Notes under the pieces: model-generated | Databases searched by the model: none | What the model was told of the DNA's origin: nothing | What the model saw: only the letters and a program-made list of their open reading frames with translations | Position numbers and translations under genes: made by a program | Virus record (IMG/VR): IMGVR_UViG_3300008255_000465 | Coordinates: 1-24,230 of that record | Strand: one strand, 5' to 3' | Source of the DNA: a virus | Taxonomy: Duplodnaviria > Caudoviricetes | DNA: 24,230 nt | Shown here: one piece after another, positions 16,204 through 24,123 of the stretch | Layout of the letters: each line of letters opens with the position of its first letter | Numbering within the stretch: the stretch's first letter is position 1

Positions 16204-17310
16204 ATGAAGCCTTCCGCTCAACAAGACAACGCACTCAAAGCCGTGGATCGATGGTTCAAAGACAGGAGCGGCCCCCCCTTCTTCTATCTCGGCGGTTATG
16301 CCGGGACGGGGAAAAGCACCCTCGCCAAGCACTTCGCCGAAAATATAGACGGGCTCGTTCTCTACGGTGCTTTTACGGGGAAGGCAGCGCTGGTGATGCA
16401 GACAAAGGGCTGCGAGAACGCATCGACGATCCACTCGATGATTTACACAGTAATCGAGCGCAAGAACGCGCCCCCATACTTCCTGCTGAATGCGGATAGC
16501 GAGGTCAAGGACGCCGAGCTCGTCATCATCGACGAAGTTTCGATGGTCGGCGAAGACCTCGGTCGCGATCTCTTGAAATTCGGCACGAAGGTGCTGGTAC
16601 TTGGCGATCCTCTCCAGCTTCCTCCTATCGACGGTCCCGGGTATTTCACCTATGGCGATCCCGATTTTATGCTGACGGATATTCACCGCCAGGCGGCCGA
16701 CAATCCGATCATCCATATGTCGATGCTGGTCCGCGAGGGACACAACCTGCCGGTCGGCGCATACGGCGAAAGCGCGGTTATCTCGCGCGCGGATGTGACG
16801 CCGGAAATCGTGCTGGGCGCCGAGCAGGTTCTCGTCGGCATGAACCGAACCCGCCACGCCTATAACCGCCGCATCCGGGAGCTCCTGCAACGCCCGCCGG
16901 ACGTGACGCAGGGAGATCGCGTTATCTGCCTGCGCAACGTGAAGGAGAAGGGGCTTCTGAACGGCAGCCTTTGGAACGTGTGCGACGTCGTTCAGAGGCC
17001 GACGAAGAAGAAGCGGATTATCAAGCTGCTCGTCGATCCGCTCGATGCCGGCATGGTGATGCGCTCGCAAGAGGTCCGCGTCCACGAGTATTTTTTCCAA
17101 GGCCGCGACAAGGAACTCGAATGGAGCGAACTCAAAGGGCTCGATCAGTTCGACTTCGGCTACGCGATCACCTGCCACAAGGCGCAGGGCTCGCAGTGGG
17201 ACAACGTCGTCACCTTCAATGAGAGCGGCGCCTTCCGCGACGAGGCGCCGCGCTGGCTCTATACCGCCATCACGCGCGCTGCCGAAAAAACGACCGTGGT
17301 GATGCCATGA
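16204..17310 (+). CDS. SF1B RecD/Dda-like DNA helicase
   Basis: Q motif SAQQ, GYAGTGKS, AFTGKAA, DEVSMV, GDPLQLPP, HRQA, YAITCHKAQGSQW, YTAITRA. Confidence 0.93.
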   Translation: MKPSAQQDNALKAVDRWFKDRSGPPFFYLGGYAGTGKSTLAKHFAENIDGLVLYGAFTGKAALVMQTKGCENASTIHSMIYTVIERKNAPPYFLLNADSEVKDAELVIIDEVSMVGEDLGRDLLKFGTKVLVLGDPLQLPPIDGPGYFTYGDPDFMLTDIHRQAADNPIIHMSMLVREGHNLPVGAYGESAVISRADVTPEIVLGAEQVLVGMNRTRHAYNRRIRELLQRPPDVTQGDRVICLRNVKEKGLLNGSLWNVCDVVQRPTKKKRIIKLLVDPLDAGMVMRSQEVRVHEYFFQGRDKELEWSELKGLDQFDFGYAITCHKAQGSQWDNVVTFNESGAFRDEAPRWLYTAITRAAEKTTVVMP

Positions 17311-17507
17311 ACGTCCTTGTAGCGCGCATCCGCAACTCCGGCCGTGACGTTCTAGTGCTCGCCCCAAACGTGCGCCTGCGGCGCAGCGCCGCCAAGCGGA
17401 TGGCCGCTGCCGGCATCCCTCACCATCACATCGCGTTCGTTCTCCGCATCACGCGGGAGCGCCTGCAGGAAATTGTCAACCCCCGGCCGTGGTGGCTGGG
17501 TAAATAG
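17307..17507 (+). CDS. Small basic HTH-like protein
   Basis: ATGA coupling; [26 protein letters not shown]. Confidence 0.6.
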   Translation: MNVLVARIRNSGRDVLVLAPNVRLRRSAAKRMAAAGIPHHHIAFVLRITRERLQEIVNPRPWWLGK

Positions 17508-17521
17508 GAAAGGCTGCAATC

Positions 17522-18010
17522 ATGGCTGGATCGGTCAACAAAGTGATCCTCCTCGGTCGCCTCGGGAAAGACCCTGAGATCAGGAGAACGCAAGACGGAA
17601 AGCCCATCGCGAACCTCAGTGTCGCGACGTCGCAAAGCTGGCGCGACAAGAACTCAGGCGAGCGCAAGGAAAAGACCGAGTGGCACCGCGTCGTCATCTT
17701 CGCCGAAGGGCTTTGCAAGGTCGCCGAGCAGTATCTCAAAAAGGGATCGCTCGTGTACCTCGAGGGCGCCTTGCAGACGCGCAAGTGGACCGATAATCAG
17801 GGCCAGGAGCGATATTCGACCGAGGTCGTATTGCAGGGGTTCAACTCGACGCTGACGATGCTCCCTTCCGGCCGCGATAGCGGCGACCGCGGCGGATATG
17901 ACGGGAATAGCGACGGCGACGACGACTATAGCGGCAGGAGCAGCGGCGGCGGTGGCGGCCGGCAGAAGCGGAGCTTCGCTGGCGATCTCGACGACGAAAT
18001 TCCGTTCTGA
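17522..18010 (+). CDS. ssb: Single-stranded DNA-binding protein
   Basis: [19 protein letters not shown]...KTEWHRVV...Gly-rich tail ending DDEIPF. Confidence 0.97.
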   Translation: MAGSVNKVILLGRLGKDPEIRRTQDGKPIANLSVATSQSWRDKNSGERKEKTEWHRVVIFAEGLCKVAEQYLKKGSLVYLEGALQTRKWTDNQGQERYSTEVVLQGFNSTLTMLPSGRDSGDRGGYDGNSDGDDDYSGRSSGGGGGRQKRSFAGDLDDEIPF

Positions 18011-18021
18011 GGCTCCGGATC

Positions 18022-18450
18022 GTGGCGAGCCGCAAAACCCTGATCGGGCGGTATGAGCACGCGCGCAAGGTCGCGCTTCGTGCCGACATACTGCTCGAGC
18101 AGGGAAAGCGCTGCGTCTACTGCTTTGAGCCTCTGACACACAAGACGGCGACGCTCGATCACGTCATACCGCAGTCGAAAAAGGGGCCGACGGAGCGTCA
18201 CAACGCGGCAGTAGCATGCCGTGACTGCAACATGGCGAAGGGCAGTCTAAGTGCCGCCGTCTTCCGGAAGCTGATCAAAGACCCTCCGCCTGGCAGTTCA
18301 TTCGGGATATGGATGGCGTGGGCCCGCCGCCGCATCTGGCTCGCGGAGTGGCGCGCGAGCAACCGTATCCGGGCGGCTGTGGGGATGGAGGCGGTGCAGT
18401 TGCCAAGCCTGAAAGCGTCGAAGGAGGGGCGTGAGCGTGAAGGATCGTGA
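18022..18450 (+). CDS. HNH endonuclease
   Basis: CVYC...ATLDHVIPQSKKG....N...ACRDCNMAKG. Confidence 0.88.
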   Translation: MASRKTLIGRYEHARKVALRADILLEQGKRCVYCFEPLTHKTATLDHVIPQSKKGPTERHNAAVACRDCNMAKGSLSAAVFRKLIKDPPPGSSFGIWMAWARRRIWLAEWRASNRIRAAVGMEAVQLPSLKASKEGREREGS

Positions 18451-18466
18451 GAGCTTCACGTTCATG

Positions 18467-18520
18467 AGGGGAAAGCGGGAAAGTTCCCGGGAATATTCCC
18501 GTTATTCCCGCTTTTCCCCT
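18467..18520. repeat. Nested GGGAA/TTCCC inverted-repeat cluster at the junction of convergent operons
   Basis: Outer arms AGGGGAAAGCGGGAA / TTCCCGCTTTTCCCCT; inner perfect palindrome CGGGAATATTCCCG (18488-18501). Confidence 0.6.
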
Positions 18521-18966
18521 TTGGCTTTGCGGAGCGAAATTTCTCGACTTGCGACATCGCCAAGGACATCGACCGGTATGTCGAGCGCCGCAGCCAGGCG
18601 GAAACCAACCATCCAGGACGGGTCTTTGACCTTTCCGGTTTCGATCTGAGATATCAGGGCGTTTGAAACACCGGACTTATCCTCGAGGTCGCGAAGCGTC
18701 ATCTTGCGCATTGCGCGACTGATGCGAACGAGGCTCGAAAGCTCTCCTGCTCCTGAACCCTCCGTTCCTTCCGAGCCATCGTGGGGCGGTGCATCACGAT
18801 CTTTCAGCCCAGCAAACTCGTTAATGTCAGACCGGCGGACAAGGGTCCGCCGACCGATCTTTACGACTTTCAATTTTTGCTCATTGACGAGGTCATAAAA
18901 TTTGTTCCGGCCAATCCGGAGCATCGTATATGCCTCGCGGACTGATAGGAGCTCATCATGGGTCAT
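18502..18966 (-). CDS. Excisionase-like (HTH_17) domain fused to an XRE HTH
   Basis: LLSVREAYTMLRIGRNKFYDLVNEQKLKVVKIGRRTLVRRSDI, then MTLRDLEDKSGVSNALISQIETGKVKDPS. Confidence 0.85.
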   Translation of the reverse strand: MTHDELLSVREAYTMLRIGRNKFYDLVNEQKLKVVKIGRRTLVRRSDINEFAGLKDRDAPPHDGSEGTEGSGAGELSSLVRISRAMRKMTLRDLEDKSGVSNALISQIETGKVKDPSWMVGFRLAAALDIPVDVLGDVASREISLRKAKGEKRE

Positions 18967-18990
18967 GGTTCTCTCTTTGTGTCAAGGCGG

Positions 18991-19257
18991 TCAAATCGGG
19001 ATGATTGTTCCTATTTCGGCGTACCACTTGATCGCCTTGCGGGCGCGCTCGGTCATCATTTCGCGCACGATGCTCCTGACGCGCTCGAGGCGCACTGTCA
19101 CGTCGGCCCAATCCTCGTTACCAGTCTTGCCGAAGCGATCTTCGGCGACGCGGATAAGCGCCGTGAGGTCGGTATCGAAGCGGTCGGCGACATCGGCCGC
19201 GCTTGATGGCCGCGTCTTCTCCTCGCCTGCCGTCCTCGTTCGTTTCTTCGTGGTCAT
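18991..19257 (-). CDS. Hypothetical protein (88 aa)
   Basis: TGATG coupling, GAGGGA upstream. Confidence 0.65.
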   Translation of the reverse strand: MTTKKRTRTAGEEKTRPSSAADVADRFDTDLTALIRVAEDRFGKTGNEDWADVTVRLERVRSIVREMMTERARKAIKWYAEIGTIIPI

Positions 19258-19454
19258 CAGTCCCTCTTCTTTGGCAGGAGCCCCATTTCGCCCATGCCGC
19301 GCGTCCACTCGACCACGTCCGGATCGGCGAGTAGAGACTGCAGGGCGGTTCGGTCGAAGGCGTGCCCGTTGTCGGACAGGAACTCGTCGGCATGAACGGC
19401 GATCGATCCGAGTTTCGCGAGGAGAGCCGGGCCGGGTTCCAGATACTTCGTCAT
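19257..19454 (-). CDS. Hypothetical protein (65 aa)
   Basis: AGGAGG RBS, ATGA coupling. Confidence 0.75.
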   Translation of the reverse strand: MTKYLEPGPALLAKLGSIAVHADEFLSDNGHAFDRTALQSLLADPDVVEWTRGMGEMGLLPKKRD

Positions 19455-19906
19455 TTCGTCGTCCTCCTATTGCGCCGCCAGTTCCAAAGGTCGAAGGCGC
19501 TCATCCGGGAGTTGGTCAGGATAGCCTTCTGCGCGCGCTCGTTCTCGGCGATCTCCTGCGGCGAGCGGTTGCGCACCACCTTCTCGTCGAGGCTCTGATC
19601 ATGACGCTGTACCACGACCGAGCGGTTGCGCCGTTCGAACTCGACCGTCGCGCCGCCAAGAAGCCCTTGGGCGAAGGCAACCTGCAGCAATTCCGGATCG
19701 AGCCTGTACCGAGGCAGGCTCCTCTTTGTCGTCTGCGATGCCGGCGACGCCAAGAGGTAGGGAAATGCGTCGAGCGTGTGTGTTGAACGGCGCTGCTCGA
19801 CCATCGAGCGCAACGCGGCGCGCGCCAGCGCGCGTATCCGTCTAGGAATACTATCTGCGTTGAAATAAATCTCCGGCTCCGGCCGGAATGATCTGGTGAT
19901 GCTCAT
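19451..19906 (-). CDS. Hypothetical basic protein (151 aa)
   Basis: GAGGA RBS, ATGA-coupled start at 19906. Confidence 0.65.
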   Translation of the reverse strand: MSITRSFRPEPEIYFNADSIPRRIRALARAALRSMVEQRRSTHTLDAFPYLLASPASQTTKRSLPRYRLDPELLQVAFAQGLLGGATVEFERRNRSVVVQRHDQSLDEKVVRNRSPQEIAENERAQKAILTNSRMSAFDLWNWRRNRRTTK

Positions 19907-20334
19907 TGCGATGTCCTCATCGAGAGTATCGAGATGGTGGCGGCGGCGCTGATGATGAATGTGGTAAGGAGTATCGCGATATACTTCGCAACTTTCTTCC
20001 ACTCGTCGCGATCCTGGCGCAGCCTCTGGTTCTCGTGCGCGAGGTCTGTTATCTCGATATCGACGTCGAGCGCCTTTTGTATTGGGGGGTGAGTTCGGTC
20101 GAGACTTCTTTCATACCAGACGGATAACTCCTCCTCGTCGAGGTCGTCGGGCGCATCTTGCGACAGCGGAACGGGATATGTGTAGCCGTGTTCCTCGGTC
20201 CCGGCATACGACCAATCGACGATTTGGTCTTCATATTTGAGGGTTTCCGTTAAGGCACCGGTCATCGCGTCGAAAGCCTCGTTGACGCTCTCCGCTTCGA
20301 CGACGATATGCAGCTTCGAAATAAATCTGGTCAT
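19903..20334 (-). CDS. Acidic protein with C-terminal transmembrane helix
   Basis: AGGAAGGA upstream; short coiled coil then YIAILLTTFIISAAATISILSM. Confidence 0.7.
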   Translation of the reverse strand: MTRFISKLHIVVEAESVNEAFDAMTGALTETLKYEDQIVDWSYAGTEEHGYTYPVPLSQDAPDDLDEEELSVWYERSLDRTHPPIQKALDVDIEITDLAHENQRLRQDRDEWKKVAKYIAILLTTFIISAAATISILSMRTSQ

Positions 20335-20344
20335 GGCATCCTTC

Positions 20345-21052
20345 CTAGAGCGACGTCTTTTTGATTGCGGCGAGGAATGGAGCGGGCTCGCCGAGTGGCG
20401 GTATCTCGACCGCGCTCGCGCGCATGATCCGCGTGTCGAGATTTACCCAGATGAACGGCCGTTCGCGGGATTGGCGTTTGACCCACCAATATGGTGCGTC
20501 CTCCCAGCCCACGATCTGCCAGTTCTTGTTGTCGAGAACGAAGTCTCCCTTGTCGGTAACGACGATCAGGACCGCGTGCCCGTCGCCATTCCACTCGCGG
20601 GCAACCGCGAGGAGGAGGTTCTCCGGCGCCCAGCCGCGCTCGATCAGGAGGCGGCGCTTTTCAAGCGCGATGTCTTCGCAGTCGCCACCGTCGGCGGACG
20701 GAAATTCCCACCACTCGTCGCGGTCAAAGCGTTCTACATCGAAGACCTGCGGGAGCGCGTTCGCGTAGTCGTTGACCTCGACAAGCTCGCCCCAGGATCG
20801 CGCGTCAAGAGTGGCCGGCTGCGGGTTGTCACTACCGCCCGCGCACTCTTCCGGGTGCCGGACGCAGAAGCCGACATATCCGAACGGTGGCGTGACCTGT
20901 TGGCCGGTCGGCTGCGATGCGAGGCCGGTCCTTTCCGCGACCTGCGTCGAGGCGCAACCGCTCAACATCGTGCTCGCAAGAAGACCGGCGGCGACGATCC
21001 CGAAGTAGAGGCCGGACAGCGGCCACCGGTCGGGCCTAGAGGTCGTCTTCAT
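20345..21052 (-). CDS. Transglutaminase-like cysteine proteinase (BTLCP/LapG family, peptidase C93), predicted lipoprotein
   Basis: Lipobox LSG-C33; PPFGYVGFCVRHPEEC; catalytic GDCED, GHAVL, VLDN. Confidence 0.9.
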   Translation of the reverse strand: MKTTSRPDRWPLSGLYFGIVAAGLLASTMLSGCASTQVAERTGLASQPTGQQVTPPFGYVGFCVRHPEECAGGSDNPQPATLDARSWGELVEVNDYANALPQVFDVERFDRDEWWEFPSADGGDCEDIALEKRRLLIERGWAPENLLLAVAREWNGDGHAVLIVVTDKGDFVLDNKNWQIVGWEDAPYWWVKRQSRERPFIWVNLDTRIMRASAVEIPPLGEPAPFLAAIKKTSL

Positions 21053-21443
21053 CGGATACCTCCAAGCGGTCGGCTTCGTCGAGGACGAGTTTGATCCGCG
21101 TCACCCAATCGTGCTGGACGTGTCCGGCGCGCGCGGCGTGGTTGGGAAATGCCTTCTTGATCTCCGTGCGAAGGGCGACGAGGGCGTCGTACATCGCGGG
21201 CGCCGCGTGCCTCTTCGCGGCAAGGCTCTTATCGTCGGTGACCTCGGCTCCCGCCGGTTCGATGCGCGCCATGACAAGGAAACCGACGTCGTGGCACTCG
21301 CGCTCGCCGACGTCGTGGGCCAATTCGGCCGATGTGAAGCAGACCGCCTCGGCGACATTCGGAGTAAAGGAGCGCTCGTCGTCGGCGAGCCAAAGACCAT
21401 CGGCGGTGTGGACGTGATAGGCGGTTGCTTTGAGCGTCGTCAT
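21036..21443 (-). CDS. Hypothetical protein (135 aa)
   Basis: AAGGA RBS; AAPAMYDALVAL segment common in phage early proteins. Confidence 0.7.
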   Translation of the reverse strand: MTTLKATAYHVHTADGLWLADDERSFTPNVAEAVCFTSAELAHDVGERECHDVGFLVMARIEPAGAEVTDDKSLAAKRHAAPAMYDALVALRTEIKKAFPNHAARAGHVQHDWVTRIKLVLDEADRLEVSDEDDL

Positions 21444-21580
21444 TTCGATTTCCTTCTCTGGCGGGCGGCGATCACCCGCGATACCCAGCCCGGCGCGTAG
21501 CCGTAGCGATCTGCGATCTTGCGGAGCTCGTCGCGCGTGCGAGCGGCGGCGATCTCGGCGGCGGTGGCGCTCCTACCCAT
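21440..21580 (-). CDS. Small protein (46 aa) with GYxPGW motif, absent from the ORF track
   Basis: MGRSATAAEIAAARTRDELRKIADRYGYAPGWVSRVIAARQRRKSK; overlaps the upstream stop and ends in an ATGA overlap. Confidence 0.7.
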   Translation of the reverse strand: MGRSATAAEIAAARTRDELRKIADRYGYAPGWVSRVIAARQRRKSK

Positions 21581-21776
21581 CGTGCGGCCGGGCTATCGGC
21601 TGAACGGCAATCGCTCGGATCGTCTTCTCGTCAACGTCCTGATAGTCGGGGCCGTGCGAGAGGTAGTTGCTCTGGTTGTTGATGAGCGTGCGCACCTCGC
21701 GCCGGGCTTGTGCGGCGGTCATCCAGTCGGGGTAGGTGAACGTGACCTTGGCCGATGTCGTCTTGCGCTTAGCCAT
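21573..21776 (-). CDS. Hypothetical protein (67 aa)
   Basis: AGGAGA RBS, ATG 21776. Confidence 0.7.
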   Translation of the reverse strand: MAKRKTTSAKVTFTYPDWMTAAQARREVRTLINNQSNYLSHGPDYQDVDEKTIRAIAVQPIARPHDG

Positions 21777-22176
21777 TGGCGTTCTCCTGTTTGCGTGCGC
21801 GGACCCGGTCGACAAAGGCGACGACCTCTTCCCAATTGTCGGTTTCAAGGCTCTCGCCCTCGATCTCGGTCCCCGCCCGCTGTGGCGAGACGCGGAAGCG
21901 CGGCCAGTCGGGAAACTCGCGCTTGTCCTTGTCGAGGTAGTCGACCCAAATCTCGAGCTCGAGCGGATCGGAGACGAAGTGCGGGCAGATATCGTTGTGG
22001 AAGGAGACGTCCTCGAAGCCGTCCGGGATATGAGGCATCGTCTCCGGATCGAAGTCGGGGAAGTCGTCGCGATATGGTGCGCGAAGGTCAGCCTCTATCT
22101 CGGCGTCGACCAACTCCTCGACTGAGGCCCACTGGCAGGTGTCGCACTGACAATCGTTCGTATGCTTCGTCGCCAT
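21769..22176 (-). CDS. Acidic hypothetical protein (135 aa)
   Basis: Starts 1 nt after the upstream stop; N-terminal HxxxCxCxxC; IPDGFEDVSFHNDICPHF. Confidence 0.75.
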   Translation of the reverse strand: MATKHTNDCQCDTCQWASVEELVDAEIEADLRAPYRDDFPDFDPETMPHIPDGFEDVSFHNDICPHFVSDPLELEIWVDYLDKDKREFPDWPRFRVSPQRAGTEIEGESLETDNWEEVVAFVDRVRARKQENANG

Positions 22177-22177
22177 G

Positions 22178-22579
22178 TCAGCCCCCGTAACCCGGGAAGA
22201 GGCGAAGGATCGCGCTTCCCGCGTTGTGTTCCTGACGCGTCAGGAGTGGGTGGCCGGTAGGCTCGCCGCTATCATCCTCGGTATTGAGGGGGTGGTGTTC
22301 GGCGAGCCACTCGTCGAGGCTCATCTGGCGGAGATCGGGGCGGGTCGCCATGAAGGCGCGTGCGAGGCCGTGGAGCGCGCTTTCGCCTTCACCTTGGAAC
22401 TCCCACTCCTCGATGGTGCCGACGATGTTCTTCTCGCCCTCCTCGAGCGAAATCGACGGGTCGTCTTCGAACTGGTTGTAACCGACGATCTCCTCGTAAG
22501 CGGCGCCGAGGAAGAGGAGCTTCTTGTCGTCGTCCATCTTCGCGACGATCTCGCGGACGGTTTCGATTGCCTTGCTCAT
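22178..22579 (-). CDS. Acidic hypothetical protein (133 aa)
   Basis: GGAGAG RBS; in operon. Confidence 0.75.
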   Translation of the reverse strand: MSKAIETVREIVAKMDDDKKLLFLGAAYEEIVGYNQFEDDPSISLEEGEKNIVGTIEEWEFQGEGESALHGLARAFMATRPDLRQMSLDEWLAEHHPLNTEDDSGEPTGHPLLTRQEHNAGSAILRLFPGYGG

Positions 22580-22609
22580 TTTGGGCTCTCCGGCTCTACG
22601 GGTGAGGTG

Positions 22610-22635
22610 GCCGCGCGGCCCAAAGACCGCGCGGC
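22610..22635 (-). other. Hairpin after the DUF932 gene
   Basis: GCCGCGCGGTC-TTTG-GGCCGCGCGGC on the minus strand; no U-tract. Confidence 0.45.
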
Positions 22636-22643
22636 GGCGATGC

Positions 22644-23627
22644 CTAGGCGGCGAGCTCGAGGAGCTTTCCGAAGACCTTGTTCGCGTGGACGTTGTTCTG
22701 CCCGACGAGTGTCGAGGCGAAGCGGTTGTCGTTCGTCCCGCGCGCCATGTGGTTGGCGTAGTAGGTCACGCCGTTGAACAGGTCCCACGCCGTCGAGCCG
22801 GTAACGTCGGAGCCGGGAGATTTGAGTGCTGCCTCTATGATCCCCTTCACCGTCCGGTTCGCCCGGTCGTCGAAGTTCTTCACGATGTCTTCCGGCTCGT
22901 CCTTCGACTGATAAATCGGAGCGAGGAGACGGATCGCGTCGTCGCGGCTGATATTGAGCTTCGTCAGGAGCTTCGCGTTCTGTTCGAACTCGCTGATCCC
23001 CTGACGCGCGAGGCCGATAGCGTTCGCGGCGTCTTCGGGGTTGAACTTCCTCGTGTGGGGAACGCGGACCTGTGCGTCTCCGGCGAAGCCGCCAGAGAGA
23101 GCAAAGGTATTGGCGCAGACGACGCGGATCGGAGTAACGCGGGCGATGGTTGCATACCCGGCCTCGTGCTTGCTCGCGAGGAGGAGGTAGCCCTTGACGG
23201 CGTCGCCACCCGGGAGGATGAAGCCGTTGCCGAGATTGGCGAGGCCCCAAACGATCTGACCGCCCTTGAGCGCGCCCGCCGTCTCCATCGTGGCGCCGCC
23301 GTCCTTGCAGAAGTGCGTGAAGAACTCGAGCACCTCGGCGTTCTGAACCGGGTTCCAACGCTCGCCGACGACGTCGAAGATGCGTCCGTCGGTCTGGCGA
23401 ACGAGGGCCGTCTTGCCCGCGAGGCGTTCCGTGCCGGCGGTGAACTCGATATCGTCGTTTCCGCCTTCCGCCTGCAACGTCGTGAAGAGCGGGCGCTTTT
23501 CGACCTTCCAGTCGAGCCCGGCCGCGACGAGCATTTCGGCGGGCGTGGTGTCCGGGCCGACCTTGACGCCAAGGCCGTGCCACGGAACCTGATGCGCCCA
23601 AGCCATCGTTTCGACTTCGTGAGACAT
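22644..23627 (-). CDS. DUF932 (DUF945) family phage/plasmid protein
   Basis: VPWHGLG, AGLDWKVEKRP, WNPVQNAE, METAGALKGG, TPIRVVCANT, TAWDLFNGVT motifs. Confidence 0.9.
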   Translation of the reverse strand: MSHEVETMAWAHQVPWHGLGVKVGPDTTPAEMLVAAGLDWKVEKRPLFTTLQAEGGNDDIEFTAGTERLAGKTALVRQTDGRIFDVVGERWNPVQNAEVLEFFTHFCKDGGATMETAGALKGGQIVWGLANLGNGFILPGGDAVKGYLLLASKHEAGYATIARVTPIRVVCANTFALSGGFAGDAQVRVPHTRKFNPEDAANAIGLARQGISEFEQNAKLLTKLNISRDDAIRLLAPIYQSKDEPEDIVKNFDDRANRTVKGIIEAALKSPGSDVTGSTAWDLFNGVTYYANHMARGTNDNRFASTLVGQNNVHANKVFGKLLELAA

Positions 23628-23675
23628 TTCCAACTTCCTTTCCTAGAAAGACGCCGTGTAGCGCCGCTAGTATGA

Positions 23676-23736
23676 AAGATATAGGAAATCCCACTACATT
23701 CAACATGTGTAGGAGGAAAAAAGTAGGAAATGTGCG
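23676..23736 (-). promoter_or_regulatory. Second leftward early promoter with operator in its spacer
   Basis: TTGAAT (23703-23698)-16 nt-TATCTT (23681-23676); ATAGGAAATCCCAC at 23681-23694; additional half-sites at 23709 and 23723. Confidence 0.7.
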
Positions 23737-23742
23737 TATTGC

Positions 23743-23963
23743 TGTCCCCTACGGGACATTGTTGCAAAAGAGCCGCAGAAACATTGATGTTTTTGGCGAT
23801 GTCCCTACCCTGTCCCCCTGTCCCCAGCAGGAAAACGGCCGGAAATCGCGTCAAGCGAAAAAGGGCAAAAAACGGGGACATTCCGAAAAAAATTTCGGGG
23901 GGCTAAGTCATTGAGCCGTGTGGAAAAAAGTCGGATGTCCCCGCCTGTCCCGGCGGGTGTCCC
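23743..23963. repeat. TGTCCC hexamer array (9 copies, both orientations) with A-tracts; candidate replication origin
   Basis: TGTCCC at 23743, 23800, 23811, 23819, 23936, 23946, 23958; GGGACA at 23753, 23875; IHF-like TAAGTCATTGAG at 23904. Confidence 0.7.
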
Positions 23964-23975
23964 TAAAATTTCCCA

Positions 23976-24004
23976 TTGACGGGTGAGACAAAATCAGCCG
24001 ATCT
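23976..24004 (+). promoter_or_regulatory. Candidate late promoter
   Basis: TTGACG at 23976 with a poor -10 box, upstream of the first rightward late-type gene. Confidence 0.35.
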
Positions 24005-24123
24005 TCGCGCGTAACAGGCTCGGTCTTCGCGCGGACACAACAAGCGAGAGGGCGAGCGGGGCCGACAGGCCCCCAGCGAAGCCTACCAATCTCATTTCTT
24101 GTTGATAGAGCAGGCAGGTCATC

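Noticed and set aside
13270-17367. Long minus-strand ORFs (13270-14814, 14950-15678, 16159-17367)
   Set aside because: Antisense to the primase-helicase and RecD-like helicase; no recognisable domains
12036-18450. Restriction-modification pair of the methyltransferase with an HNH or RuvC-like nuclease
   Set aside because: The nucleases look like ordinary phage resolvase and HNH genes; the methyltransferase is best read as an orphan
22576-23881. Alternative-frame ORFs overlapping DUF932 (376 aa, 305 aa)
   Set aside because: R/S/P-rich off-frame composition with no conserved motif, unlike the methyltransferase beta frame
23743-23963. CRISPR array
   Set aside because: Repeats are 6 bp, irregularly spaced and in both orientations; no cas genes
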